Source: a virus
Taxonomy: Duplodnaviria > Heunggongvirae > Uroviricota > Caudoviricetes
Direction: 5' to 3' (one strand)
IMG/VR virus record: IMGVR_UViG_3300008107_000002
DNA length: 57,548 nt
The notes under the pieces were generated by a model, which was not told the DNA's origin, ran no database searches, and saw only the letters and a program-made list of their open reading frames with translations. Position numbers and translations under genes: made by a program. Shown piece by piece: positions 18,631 to 27,381 of this stretch. Positions within the stretch are counted from its first letter, which is position 1; each line of letters begins with the position of its first letter.

Positions 18631-19853
18631 TATTTTTTATCACTTTGTTTAGCAGGAGTTAATACTCTTCCTTGATAATCTACAACATCACCTTTACTAT
18701 TAAATTCGCCAGGCCGACTAACTCCATTTGCGGCGACTGTATTTAAAGGCACCGGCTCCGTAAATAATTTAATATCTACAGGAGAACGCATTACATCTTT
18801 TGCATATTCGCCTGCGGCTCCTTTTCCTACAGCGGCCCCTGCAATAGTTCCAACTAATATACTTTTTAATTCGCTAGCCGCAGATTTTCCAGTAATTTGT
18901 TTTGCATTTTGAACTAAATTTTTAGTTCCTACAGCAACCTTAATTATATCTCCTACAGATAGCTCAGGAGATGATAATGTTTCAAAAATATCAGCTGAAC
19001 CCTCTACCATACCAAGTAAACCTTTTTTACCTTTACCATATATAGACAAAGGACTAGGAGTGTTATCGTAATGTTCTTCATTAAATCCAGGTTTAGTTTT
19101 AGTAACTTTATTAGCTAGATGGTTATTATTATAATGAACTGTTTCGTACGCAAACGTAAATTTTGAATCCATTAATTTGTTCCCGTTATTTTGATCTAGC
19201 TGGGCCGGTTGATAGTCAACTATTTTAGGATTAATTAAAGATATTGATGTGTACTGTTTTCTGTTTAATAAAAAAATTCTTACAAAAGATAGGAACGGCA
19301 GGTCTTGACCGTTATTAAGCCCGTATGCAAACGCTCGATCGGACCATTCTGCTCCCGGTTTGTATGATGCTGGAAGTTCGAGAGTCCTGCCATATACTGA
19401 TCCGGACAATGTTCCTGTATATCTGCTATCAGCAACGTAATATTGATAATAATTACTCCACAGGTTGCTGATAAAATTATTCATATCGTCGTGGAAAGTT
19501 ATTGATACGGGATTATATGTAACTTTGTTTTGTACTATAGTTTTTTTATTATATGAATTAAGAACTTCGTTAGAAATAGATACTCTAGGTAAATCTACAG
19601 TTTTTGCTAGTAACCCTAATTTTCCCTTGCTTCTATTGTACCAATCAGCATTTACTTCTGGAAATTGTGCTTTGTCAGGTAGGGCAGGATTTAGTCCAAT
19701 CTCAACAAAATAGCTCCATCCTGCTTTTGGAGACATTCCATAGTAATTGTCTTGATATAATCTTGCGGCGTGTTTATAATCTTTGAGATATCCTGTATCG
19801 CCGAACAGACCGCCTGCAAAATCGCTTAAGAAGTTATTTAATATGTTTGCCAT
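18630..19853 (-). CDS. tail tube-related / baseplate-tube initiator (gp54/gp19 fold)
   Basis: Likely start MANILN at 19853; KTVDLP...YNKK...YNPVSITFHDD...LINPKI...FAYE tube-fold pattern. Confidence 0.65.
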   Translation of the reverse strand: MANILNNFLSDFAGGLFGDTGYLKDYKHAARLYQDNYYGMSPKAGWSYFVEIGLNPALPDKAQFPEVNADWYNRSKGKLGLLAKTVDLPRVSISNEVLNSYNKKTIVQNKVTYNPVSITFHDDMNNFISNLWSNYYQYYVADSRYTGTLSGSVYGRTLELPASYKPGAEWSDRAFAYGLNNGQDLPFLSFVRIFLLNRKQYTSISLINPKIVDYQPAQLDQNNGNKLMDSKFTFAYETVHYNNNHLANKVTKTKPGFNEEHYDNTPSPLSIYGKGKKGLLGMVEGSADIFETLSSPELSVGDIIKVAVGTKNLVQNAKQITGKSAASELKSILVGTIAGAAVGKGAAGEYAKDVMRSPVDIKLFTEPVPLNTVAANGVSRPGEFNSKGDVVDYQGRVLTPAKQSDKK

Positions 19854-19858
19854 AAAGA

Positions 19859-19864
19859 TATTTA
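19859..19864 (-). promoter_or_regulatory. late promoter TAAATA
   Basis: TAAATA-tcttt-ATG(19853). Confidence 0.7.
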
Positions 19865-19868
19865 TGTC

Positions 19869-19897
19869 AAAAAAAAGCCCCAAATATTTGGGGCTTT
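19869..19897 (-). terminator. intrinsic terminator
   Basis: AAAGCCCCAAA-UA-UUUGGGGCUUU followed by a U-run. Confidence 0.85.
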
Positions 19898-20543
19898 AAG
19901 GTATTAAATTTTTGTACATTTCTACAACTGCTTCAGCTGTTGGTCCTAGATAGTCGTTGTTTATTACCCGAAAATCAATAGAATCTTTCCAAAAAAGTCT
20001 CAATTCTGTGTGAGCTTGTTCTTCAATTGTTGTACCGTGCGGAAACCAAGTAAGAGTTTCTATTAGATTTATTTTAGGATATGCGGTAAGAATTCCATCC
20101 TTGTTATCAAATATCCATCTATGATGAATGCCGCCTCGATAAGAATCTCTTCTTTGTAATTCCCAATATTTGCTCGGGACTGCAATAAAGCCCTCTTTTG
20201 CTATTTGCGGCATATATTTTAATGCCGCATGAGGATAGGCAATATCTTCTAACGTATGGGTGCAATTTACAAAATCAAACTTACCGTGTTCTTGTACATA
20301 ATCAAAGATTTGTACCCAATCTTCGGAACAATTAATGTCTCCGCTGAACTCATGAATTCCTTCCATTCCTGACGGATTAAGATCAAAGGTATGTGTAAGG
20401 AACTCTCGATTGAACGGATTGTGCGTAGCACCAACGTCTAGCAGAGTAAATTTGGGATTATGATCTTTAAGTTTTGCAACATGTGCTAAAACTTCAGGAC
20501 GACCGTATAGTTCTTCTTTAAAATAGTATAGTTGTTGAGGCAT
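19896..20543 (-). CDS. class I SAM-dependent methyltransferase-like protein
   Basis: LLDVGA, GDI and FDFVNCTHTLEDI motifs; likely start MPQQ at 20543. Confidence 0.7.
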   Translation of the reverse strand: MPQQLYYFKEELYGRPEVLAHVAKLKDHNPKFTLLDVGATHNPFNREFLTHTFDLNPSGMEGIHEFSGDINCSEDWVQIFDYVQEHGKFDFVNCTHTLEDIAYPHAALKYMPQIAKEGFIAVPSKYWELQRRDSYRGGIHHRWIFDNKDGILTAYPKINLIETLTWFPHGTTIEEQAHTELRLFWKDSIDFRVINNDYLGPTAEAVVEMYKNLIP

Positions 20544-20544
20544 A

Positions 20545-21525
20545 TCATTTACATTGTACACTACTTACTACAGATAGTTCAACCCTATCCGCATTCTTGA
20601 CAGAACTTTGTAAGTGATAAGGAATTGCAAATATTAGTCGATCTCGTTCCGAGTGAGCACCATGTATAACAAAATTTCTACCCGGACGATGTTCTGCCCA
20701 AAGTGTGTCAGATTCATAGCAAACGGAATAGATAGATTTTCCATTTTCGTCAAGTAATCTTGCTCGAATTCGGGGAGCCTGATTAAGTTTATCAGCAATT
20801 AGTCTAGTAAATTCGTCATCTTTAAGATAAAATTTATCTACATTATTAAACAAAGATTTCGGTCGAGTAGAAACTACCATAACTTGATTCCTTGCCCTAT
20901 AACAGAAACAAGATAAGTCGTAATATTCCGGGCCCGTCTGTACTATGTTTGTAGCTTCATTTAATGACTTAAGATAATTTTGATTCCATGTTAATTTATA
21001 TTGAATTAGCAATACATAGTTACGTCGGGCATCTAATTGATGTTCAATATTTTCTTGAACAATATCCATTGCTTTAGTTGGATAGTCTGCTAGTATTTTA
21101 TTTAAAAATTTGTCAGCTGACTCTCTTTCCTTCCGAGAACTTTTATAGGTATCAGAAATTTTTTCGCCGTCTAAATATTGTTCTGATTTACCAGAATTAA
21201 GATGATGGTTAGCCATGTTACTCGGACGAACCCAAACATCCATTTCTACAATTACGTTACCTGCGGATTTCCTTACATCAATAATTGCGTAATTGCTAAC
21301 ATAGCCTGCACTATGATTAGAAATTTCATTTTTTGTAAGTTTGTCACGTTTAGTTTCCCTATCAGACAACATAACACTGCCAGACACTAACTCAATTGCC
21401 GCCTGGAATCCATCCTGCTTTGCAGATTCTTTAGTAGAGCCGATACCCTCTACACGAACCAGTTGGTCCTGTCCATAGGCGTTGACAGCCATGCAGACTG
21501 TCAACATTAAGGCTAAAAATTTCAT
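20545..21525 (-). CDS. exported protein with signal peptide (LPP20/FlgT-N-like N-terminal domain)
   Basis: MKFLALMLTVCMAVNAYG signal; VEGIGSTKESAKQDGFQAAIELVSG pattern. Confidence 0.65.
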   Translation of the reverse strand: MKFLALMLTVCMAVNAYGQDQLVRVEGIGSTKESAKQDGFQAAIELVSGSVMLSDRETKRDKLTKNEISNHSAGYVSNYAIIDVRKSAGNVIVEMDVWVRPSNMANHHLNSGKSEQYLDGEKISDTYKSSRKERESADKFLNKILADYPTKAMDIVQENIEHQLDARRNYVLLIQYKLTWNQNYLKSLNEATNIVQTGPEYYDLSCFCYRARNQVMVVSTRPKSLFNNVDKFYLKDDEFTRLIADKLNQAPRIRARLLDENGKSIYSVCYESDTLWAEHRPGRNFVIHGAHSERDRLIFAIPYHLQSSVKNADRVELSVVSSVQCK

Positions 21526-22142
21526 TGGAATTTCTTACGAAGAACTATTGCAGTTCGATCAGATTCAAGATCCCACCGAATCGTTACTTTTACTTCTTGG
21601 TCTCCAGATACTTCTTGCCCGACAAGTTTAAAACCTCGAAGGATAGATCTAGAATTTGCTCGAATAGTGCTGGTTACGTTATGAGCAGTATCGTTAGAGT
21701 TTTCGCGTAACGATAGACTTTTAGCTTCTTGGTCAGTCATTTCAACTGTTTTACCATCAGCGCCGCCTTTATTAATCCGATCTTGTGCCTTTTCAATATT
21801 TTTGGCAATAGTACTAGTTACACGATTACTGGTAATTTCTTCGCTAATAAAATGACTTACATTAGCCTTTGCCTGCATTTCTGCACGTAGGAGGCCTGTA
21901 CGAAGATTGTTAGCACTATTACCGTTAGTTGCAACAACTCCAATAGATTCAATTGCAATAACATCGCACTCAGATTTCCATGGCTTGTACCATGCACAAC
22001 TAGTTTCAATCTTAACACCTTCAGAAACAAAAGATGTTGACAACTTTTGATTACGAATCGGGTCGTCGCCATTGGTGACAGGTTTAGATGAACAGCCAAC
22101 CAGTGCCGTAACAACAGCTAATGCGGTAAGTGTGTATTTCAT
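21522..22142 (-). CDS. lipoprotein (LPP20-like)
   Basis: MKYTLTALAVVTALVG-C lipobox; GGAG RBS. Confidence 0.75.
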   Translation of the reverse strand: MKYTLTALAVVTALVGCSSKPVTNGDDPIRNQKLSTSFVSEGVKIETSCAWYKPWKSECDVIAIESIGVVATNGNSANNLRTGLLRAEMQAKANVSHFISEEITSNRVTSTIAKNIEKAQDRINKGGADGKTVEMTDQEAKSLSLRENSNDTAHNVTSTIRANSRSILRGFKLVGQEVSGDQEVKVTIRWDLESDRTAIVLRKKFQ

Positions 22143-22267
22143 TTTGACATCTCCACAGACTGTGTTTTAACTTTCTCGACACCGTTATCAAGAATTTTAG
22201 CAATGCCGCTAAACCCAACGGTTGCTAGTACCAAACCAAAAATTGTTCCTAAAATAAATGCTTTCAT
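22139..22267 (-). CDS. small membrane protein, 42 aa (not in the ORF track)
   Basis: MKAFILGTIFGLVLATVGFSGIAKILDNGVEKVKTQSVEMSK; GAGG RBS; ATGA overlap with the lipoprotein gene. Confidence 0.75.
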   Translation of the reverse strand: MKAFILGTIFGLVLATVGFSGIAKILDNGVEKVKTQSVEMSK

Positions 22268-22296
22268 ATAAGCCTCTGTGTGTTGAACATGTTATT

Positions 22297-22325
22297 AGTA
22301 TATGATAAAACCATCCAGAACACAA
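22297..22325 (-). promoter_or_regulatory. sigma70-type promoter TTGTGT-17-TATACT for the envelope-protein operon
   Basis: Read on the minus strand with 17-nt spacing. Confidence 0.55.
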
Positions 22326-22383
22326 GAACTTTTTTTACCAAAATGATCCAATCTGTTTTGTATTGCCTGCATTATAGAAGCCT

Positions 22384-22389
22384 TAAATA
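22384..22389 (+). promoter_or_regulatory. late promoter TAAATA upstream of gmd
   Basis: Same hexamer as at the structural genes, 21 nt before the gmd ATG. Confidence 0.5.
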
Positions 22390-22410
22390 TGCATACTTAA
22401 TTAAACAACC

Positions 22411-23439
22411 ATGAAAATAGCACTTATTACTGGCATCACTGGACAAGATGGATCTTATTTGGCTGAGTTACTTTTGGACAAAGGTTACGAAGTCCACGGG
22501 TTAGTTAGACGAAATTCAAATTTTGAAAACATACCAAATATTTCAACATTTAGAAATCGAGTTACATTACATTATAGTGATCTAACAGACAGTACAAATC
22601 TTCGGAATATTCTTCTAAAAATTAAACCAGACGAAGTTTATAATTTGGCGGCACAAAGTCATGTACACGTAAGTTTCCAAGTTCCGCAATTCACAGCAGA
22701 AACTAATGCCATCGGAGTTCTCCATATGTTAGAGGCAGTTCGAGCATTACATGATACTGGTCATAAAGTAAAATTTTATCAGGCCAGTACAAGCGAGATG
22801 TACGGTTCTGTTCAAGAAGTTCCGCAGAAAGAAACTACGCCGTTCTATCCTCGTAGTCCTTACGGAGTTGCAAAACTCTATGGTTATTGGATTACCGTAA
22901 ACTATAGAGAAAGTTACGGATTACATGCCAGCAACGGAATATTGTTTAATCACGAAAGTCCACGGCGCGGTGAAACTTTTGTCACACGCAAAATTACTAA
23001 AGGGCTTGCTAAAATCTTATCAGGTGAATCTCAAGAGCCTGTAAAGTTAGGCAACATTGATTCCTTACGTGATTGGGGTCATGCAAAAGATTTTGTAGAA
23101 GGCATGTGGTTAATGTTACAACAAGACACTCCAGGTGATTATGTGTTAGCAACGGGTATACAAACTACTGTACGAGAATTTTGTACAATGTCTGCTAAAT
23201 GGTTTGGATGTAATGTTGAGTGGCGCGGCAGCGGATTAAATGAACACTGTATAGATGTTGATACGGGTAAAGTTTTATTTGCAGTAAGCGAAGAATTTTA
23301 TAGGCCTGCTGATGTTAATACCTTATTAGGTGACAGCACCAAGGCAAGAACTGTATTAGGTTGGAACCCTGTATTTGGGTTAGAAGGTCTTGTAGCAGAT
23401 ATGTGCTTTAATGATAGCAAAAAAGGATTATCTTTATGA
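22411..23439 (+). CDS. gmd: GDP-mannose 4,6-dehydratase
   Basis: [60 protein letters not shown] and RDWGHAKD. Confidence 0.96.
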   Translation: MKIALITGITGQDGSYLAELLLDKGYEVHGLVRRNSNFENIPNISTFRNRVTLHYSDLTDSTNLRNILLKIKPDEVYNLAAQSHVHVSFQVPQFTAETNAIGVLHMLEAVRALHDTGHKVKFYQASTSEMYGSVQEVPQKETTPFYPRSPYGVAKLYGYWITVNYRESYGLHASNGILFNHESPRRGETFVTRKITKGLAKILSGESQEPVKLGNIDSLRDWGHAKDFVEGMWLMLQQDTPGDYVLATGIQTTVREFCTMSAKWFGCNVEWRGSGLNEHCIDVDTGKVLFAVSEEFYRPADVNTLLGDSTKARTVLGWNPVFGLEGLVADMCFNDSKKGLSL

Positions 23440-24221
23440 AAATAGTTGTATGTACCGGCGGGTTTGACCCAGTCCATTCTGGACATTTATCTTATCTTAA
23501 TTCTGCTTCGCAGTTAGGAGATATTTTAATTGTGGGTCTTAACTCAGACGATTGGTTAAAGAGGAAAAAAGGTAGAGCGTTTATGCCGTTTTCAGAACGT
23601 TCTGCTATTATTGAAAATTTAGAATGTGTTTATCAAGTGTTACATCTTAATGACGAAGATGGTACTGGAGCTGACGGTATAACACAAGTGAGAGCAATGT
23701 ATCCAGACGCACACATTGTATTTGCAAATGGCGGTGATAGAAACACTGCTAACGTTCCTGAACAAGAAATGTTTGCTAGTGATCCAAATTTGTCTTTTCA
23801 ATTTGGTGTAGGTGGAGACTGGAAACAAAATAGTAGCCGCTGGATTTTAAGCGAATGGAAACATCCGCAGACTGACAGACCTTGGGGGCATTTTAGACTG
23901 TTATACGAACGCGGCATGGAAACAGAAACTCAACTTAAACTTAAAGAACTTACAGTCATGCCTGGTAAGAGTTTAAGTATGCAACGACATGCAAAAAGAA
24001 AAGAGTTCTGGTTTGTTGCAGAAGGAATTGCAACTGTTTACACCTTAAGTTCAATTACTACAGATCTAGAATTAATAGGCACGTTTAATCAACACGAACC
24101 TATTTGGATAGGACTTAATGAGTGGCATCACCTGTGTAATGAAACAGATCAACCATTACAACTAATAGAAATACAATACGGAGAAGAATGTTCTGAAGAA
24201 GACATCGAAAGAAAACTATGA
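23436..24221 (+). CDS. cytidylyltransferase-like (HIGH) domain fused to a mannose-6-phosphate-isomerase-type cupin
   Basis: N-terminal [15 protein letters not shown] and ANGGDR; C-terminal RPWG...SLSMQRH..R.EFW...WHHL..IEIQYG. Confidence 0.85.
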   Translation: MKIVVCTGGFDPVHSGHLSYLNSASQLGDILIVGLNSDDWLKRKKGRAFMPFSERSAIIENLECVYQVLHLNDEDGTGADGITQVRAMYPDAHIVFANGGDRNTANVPEQEMFASDPNLSFQFGVGGDWKQNSSRWILSEWKHPQTDRPWGHFRLLYERGMETETQLKLKELTVMPGKSLSMQRHAKRKEFWFVAEGIATVYTLSSITTDLELIGTFNQHEPIWIGLNEWHHLCNETDQPLQLIEIQYGEECSEEDIERKL

Positions 24222-25384
24222 AACAATCACGCTGGCCTTTAATGAAAAATGCTGTTACCTGGGGTGACAAATATGAGATGATAAAGTTTTTACTTACTAG
24301 TGATCGCTACACAAACGGACCACGTGTTCGAGAATTTGAAGACCAATGGGCTCAATGGGTAGGAAGCAAACATGCGTTAATGGTTAGTTCGGGTAGCACT
24401 GCTAATAGTTTAATCATGGCGGCCGTTAAAGAAAAATACGGATTTAAAGATGGTGATAAGGTGCTTGTTCCGGCATGTACCTGGGTCACTAACATTAGTC
24501 CAGTGTTTCAGTTAGGCTTCAAACCAATTTTTTGTGATGTCAATTTACAAAATTTTAGTTTTGATATTGAACACATGAAAGAAATTAAAGAAAAACACCC
24601 AGATATTAAAATTGTGTTTGTAACACATCTGTTAGGGTTTCCTGCAGATAATAATCTATATCAAGAGATATTTCCTGATGCAGTTATCCTAGATGACGTT
24701 TGCGAGTCTCACGGATGTTTAGATATTAACGGTTATAAAGTTGGCGCAAATAGTGTTGCGGCAAGTTTTAGCTTTTATTTTGGCCACCATATGACTACAA
24801 TTGAAGGTGGTATGGTTAACGTAAATGACAGCGAACTATACGAACTCATGCGTATGAAACGTAGTCATGGACTAGCACGTGAGTCAGGCAACTTGAAAAA
24901 GTATGCTGACCAGTATCCAGAAATACATCCACAGTTCTTGTTCATGACAGATGGATATAATTTTCGCAGTAGCGACTTTAATGCAGTATTAGGATTAAGT
25001 CAACTTACTCGCCTTGACGATATGATTGACCAGCGTCGACAGAATTTTAAAGAATTTGTTAAAATCATGGACGATCATAAAGACAAATTTTATCCTGTTG
25101 ATCATAATATACATAACAGTAATTTTGCATTTCCGTTCATTTGTAAAAATCCAGAACTTACTAAAAAAATGAAAAAAGTGTTTGATGACAACGGCGTTGA
25201 ACATCGTCCTATTGTAGGAGGCAACCTGCTACGTCAACCCTTCCTTAAAGGTTACAAGTTTGGTACTCCCCGTAAAAATGCAAATGTAGATCTACTAAAC
25301 GACAATGGTGTCTATATAGGTAATAGTCACTTTGTTACCAAAAAAGATTTAGAATGGCTAGCTAAAACACTAGGAGAAATTTAA
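24218..25384 (+). CDS. ColD-like GDP-4-keto-6-deoxymannose 3-dehydratase (DegT/DnrJ family)
   Basis: DegT-fold motifs (SSGSTAN, DVCESHG). SFYFGHHMTTIEGG has His where aminotransferases have the PLP Lys. No E1-type Cys-rich Fe-S motif. Confidence 0.75.
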   Translation: MKQSRWPLMKNAVTWGDKYEMIKFLLTSDRYTNGPRVREFEDQWAQWVGSKHALMVSSGSTANSLIMAAVKEKYGFKDGDKVLVPACTWVTNISPVFQLGFKPIFCDVNLQNFSFDIEHMKEIKEKHPDIKIVFVTHLLGFPADNNLYQEIFPDAVILDDVCESHGCLDINGYKVGANSVAASFSFYFGHHMTTIEGGMVNVNDSELYELMRMKRSHGLARESGNLKKYADQYPEIHPQFLFMTDGYNFRSSDFNAVLGLSQLTRLDDMIDQRRQNFKEFVKIMDDHKDKFYPVDHNIHNSNFAFPFICKNPELTKKMKKVFDDNGVEHRPIVGGNLLRQPFLKGYKFGTPRKNANVDLLNDNGVYIGNSHFVTKKDLEWLAKTLGEI

Positions 25385-25758
25385 TGTCTAGTCGCATTTT
25401 GGCTCCAATAAGTGTAGGAGAGTTAATTGATAAAATTACAATCTTATCGATAAAATTAGATCACACGTCAGACACAGGTAAAATACAAAACATTACTAAA
25501 GAGCTCGACGAACTTTCAGAGTTGCTTAATTTAGATACAATAATAATTAGAAATTTGTCATTAGAACTAAAATGTATTAATGAAATTATTTGGCAAATTG
25601 AAGACGACATACGTATTAAAGAAAAATCAAAATTATTTGATCAGGAGTTTATCGACCTTGCTAGGTCTGTTTACATTTATAATGATAAACGAGCAGTGGT
25701 GAAAAGACAAATTAATGAACTTACTAATAGCCACATTGTTGAGGAAAAAATATACTAA
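25384..25758 (+). CDS. DUF6165-like helical protein of glycosylation loci
   Basis: PISVGELIDKITILSIK...IWQIEDDIR...ARSVYIYNDKRA..KRQIN....EEKIY. Confidence 0.75.
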   Translation: MSSRILAPISVGELIDKITILSIKLDHTSDTGKIQNITKELDELSELLNLDTIIIRNLSLELKCINEIIWQIEDDIRIKEKSKLFDQEFIDLARSVYIYNDKRAVVKRQINELTNSHIVEEKIY

Positions 25759-26693
25759 TGACTATCAATAAAATTTGTTTTTATAATAGGTGGCATAACG
25801 GAGATGTGTTCTCCGGTAAAGGTTATATGCAAGATTTAATTCGACAACTACCTGATATTGAATTCTCACATTCACAGGTTAATAAGATTAAAACTATGGG
25901 AGATATGCCGTTCACGCACTTACCTATTGATCAAATACCTGTAACAGATTCTCATAGAGTTTCTGCATCAGAGGATACCATCTACATTAACACCTGGGTT
26001 GGAGGGTATAAAGATTTTATGTTTCCTAATGAGGAACACGCAAACTACCCAATGCTCAATAGAATGTGGATGTATATCTACGACAGAGTAGCATGGTATC
26101 TAGATAGGCCAATTGAACATACTACTAACTTATTTGCACTTATACCTACCACAGATTGGTCAAAATTTAATATTGCGCCTGCATTGGCATGGCTTGAAGG
26201 TAAAGGACGTATAGCTTTATTTTGTAATGGAATAGCACAAAGTTCTCAAAGTCAATTAGGCACCATGGGAGAGATTATAAAAAATCTAGCACAGATTCAT
26301 CCCGATGTTTCATTTGTGTGTACTACAAAATTTAGTACCGAGTGGTTTCCTTATACATCTAATATATATTTTACAGATGATATATTTGCAGAAGTAGAAG
26401 GAGGTGACCTTAACGAGATAGGATTTTTATCAACTAAAGCAGAGCTTATAGTTGGAAAAAATAGCGGGCCTTTTATGTTTTCTCATGTAAGAGAAAATAT
26501 AGCAAATCCTAATCAAGCATTCTTAAGTTTAAGTCATAGACCAAGTGATAGTTATCTGATGCATGTCATTGGATTTCCTTGCAGGTATTTTCATTACAGT
26601 AGGGAAGAGCTACATCAACTTACTTTTTATCTTAATGAAATACTTAATGGTAAGGGCAAGACCCATAATGCACAGATGCAGATTTTAGATTAA
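25758..26693 (+). CDS. putative GT-B glycosyltransferase (GT9/heptosyltransferase-like)
   Basis: N-terminal HNGD and C-terminal LIVGKNSGP resemble the GT9 'GD' and 'vgxDSGp' motifs; last gene of the sugar operon. Confidence 0.5.
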   Translation: MTINKICFYNRWHNGDVFSGKGYMQDLIRQLPDIEFSHSQVNKIKTMGDMPFTHLPIDQIPVTDSHRVSASEDTIYINTWVGGYKDFMFPNEEHANYPMLNRMWMYIYDRVAWYLDRPIEHTTNLFALIPTTDWSKFNIAPALAWLEGKGRIALFCNGIAQSSQSQLGTMGEIIKNLAQIHPDVSFVCTTKFSTEWFPYTSNIYFTDDIFAEVEGGDLNEIGFLSTKAELIVGKNSGPFMFSHVRENIANPNQAFLSLSHRPSDSYLMHVIGFPCRYFHYSREELHQLTFYLNEILNGKGKTHNAQMQILD

Positions 26694-26720
26694 AAAAAAC
26701 GGACCTTACGGTCCGTTTTT
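26692..26720. terminator. bidirectional intrinsic terminator
   Basis: AAAAACGGACC-TTAC-GGTCCGTTTTT between convergent genes, with A/T runs on both sides. Confidence 0.9.
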
Positions 26721-26735
26721 ATTGGGTTATGTTGA

Positions 26736-27350
26736 TTAACCTAAACCAGTTGCTGCCTGGCCTACTGCTCTTCCAATTTCAGAACCAATACCACTGCGTG
26801 TAGTGCCCTTCATTTGAATAGCGTTATCATATTTAATTGTCATAGTAATATCTACAGGATCACTAGATGAATAATCTGTGTTAGAATAAACTGTATTTTG
26901 TAGATAGCATCCGTATAGTTCAAACGTTTCTAAAATGCCCGGTTCGTTGGATCCGTTACCACCGTCTAGGATTTCAATTCTAGTTGTAAACTTGTAATCG
27001 ATACCTGCTGCCGCAGAACTTTGTTCGAAGAAGTCAAATTGTTTCTGAATTTGTTCTCCAACAATTCTACTTGTATCTCCGCTCACATCATCCCTTACAA
27101 CAAGGGTAATATCTGCCCATGTGTAACGACCAGCATAGTTAAGTTTACTGTTGTAAATGTTTAATTCGATATTGTCGAATTGTACTCCTGGGCGAGTAAT
27201 GTTCATTACCTGCTTTGTTAATTCAGTGCTTCCGCCAGATGCGCCAAAACCTTCTAAAGATACCCTGAAGCGGTATTTTAGTTTTGGCATCAGTAACGTC
27301 TGATTTCCTTGCCCCGGAATTGGAACTGAAAATTTGTTTAAAGTGATCAT
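26736..27350 (-). CDS. gp19: tail tube protein (gp19-like)
   Basis: PKLKYRFRV, YAGRYTW, LYGCYL and TIKYDNA; directly downstream of the sheath; TAAATA at 27377-27372. Confidence 0.85.
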   Translation of the reverse strand: MITLNKFSVPIPGQGNQTLLMPKLKYRFRVSLEGFGASGGSTELTKQVMNITRPGVQFDNIELNIYNSKLNYAGRYTWADITLVVRDDVSGDTSRIVGEQIQKQFDFFEQSSAAAGIDYKFTTRIEILDGGNGSNEPGILETFELYGCYLQNTVYSNTDYSSSDPVDITMTIKYDNAIQMKGTTRSGIGSEIGRAVGQAATGLG

Positions 27351-27381
27351 CGTAGGGTTCCTTGTTCTATGTATTTACCCA

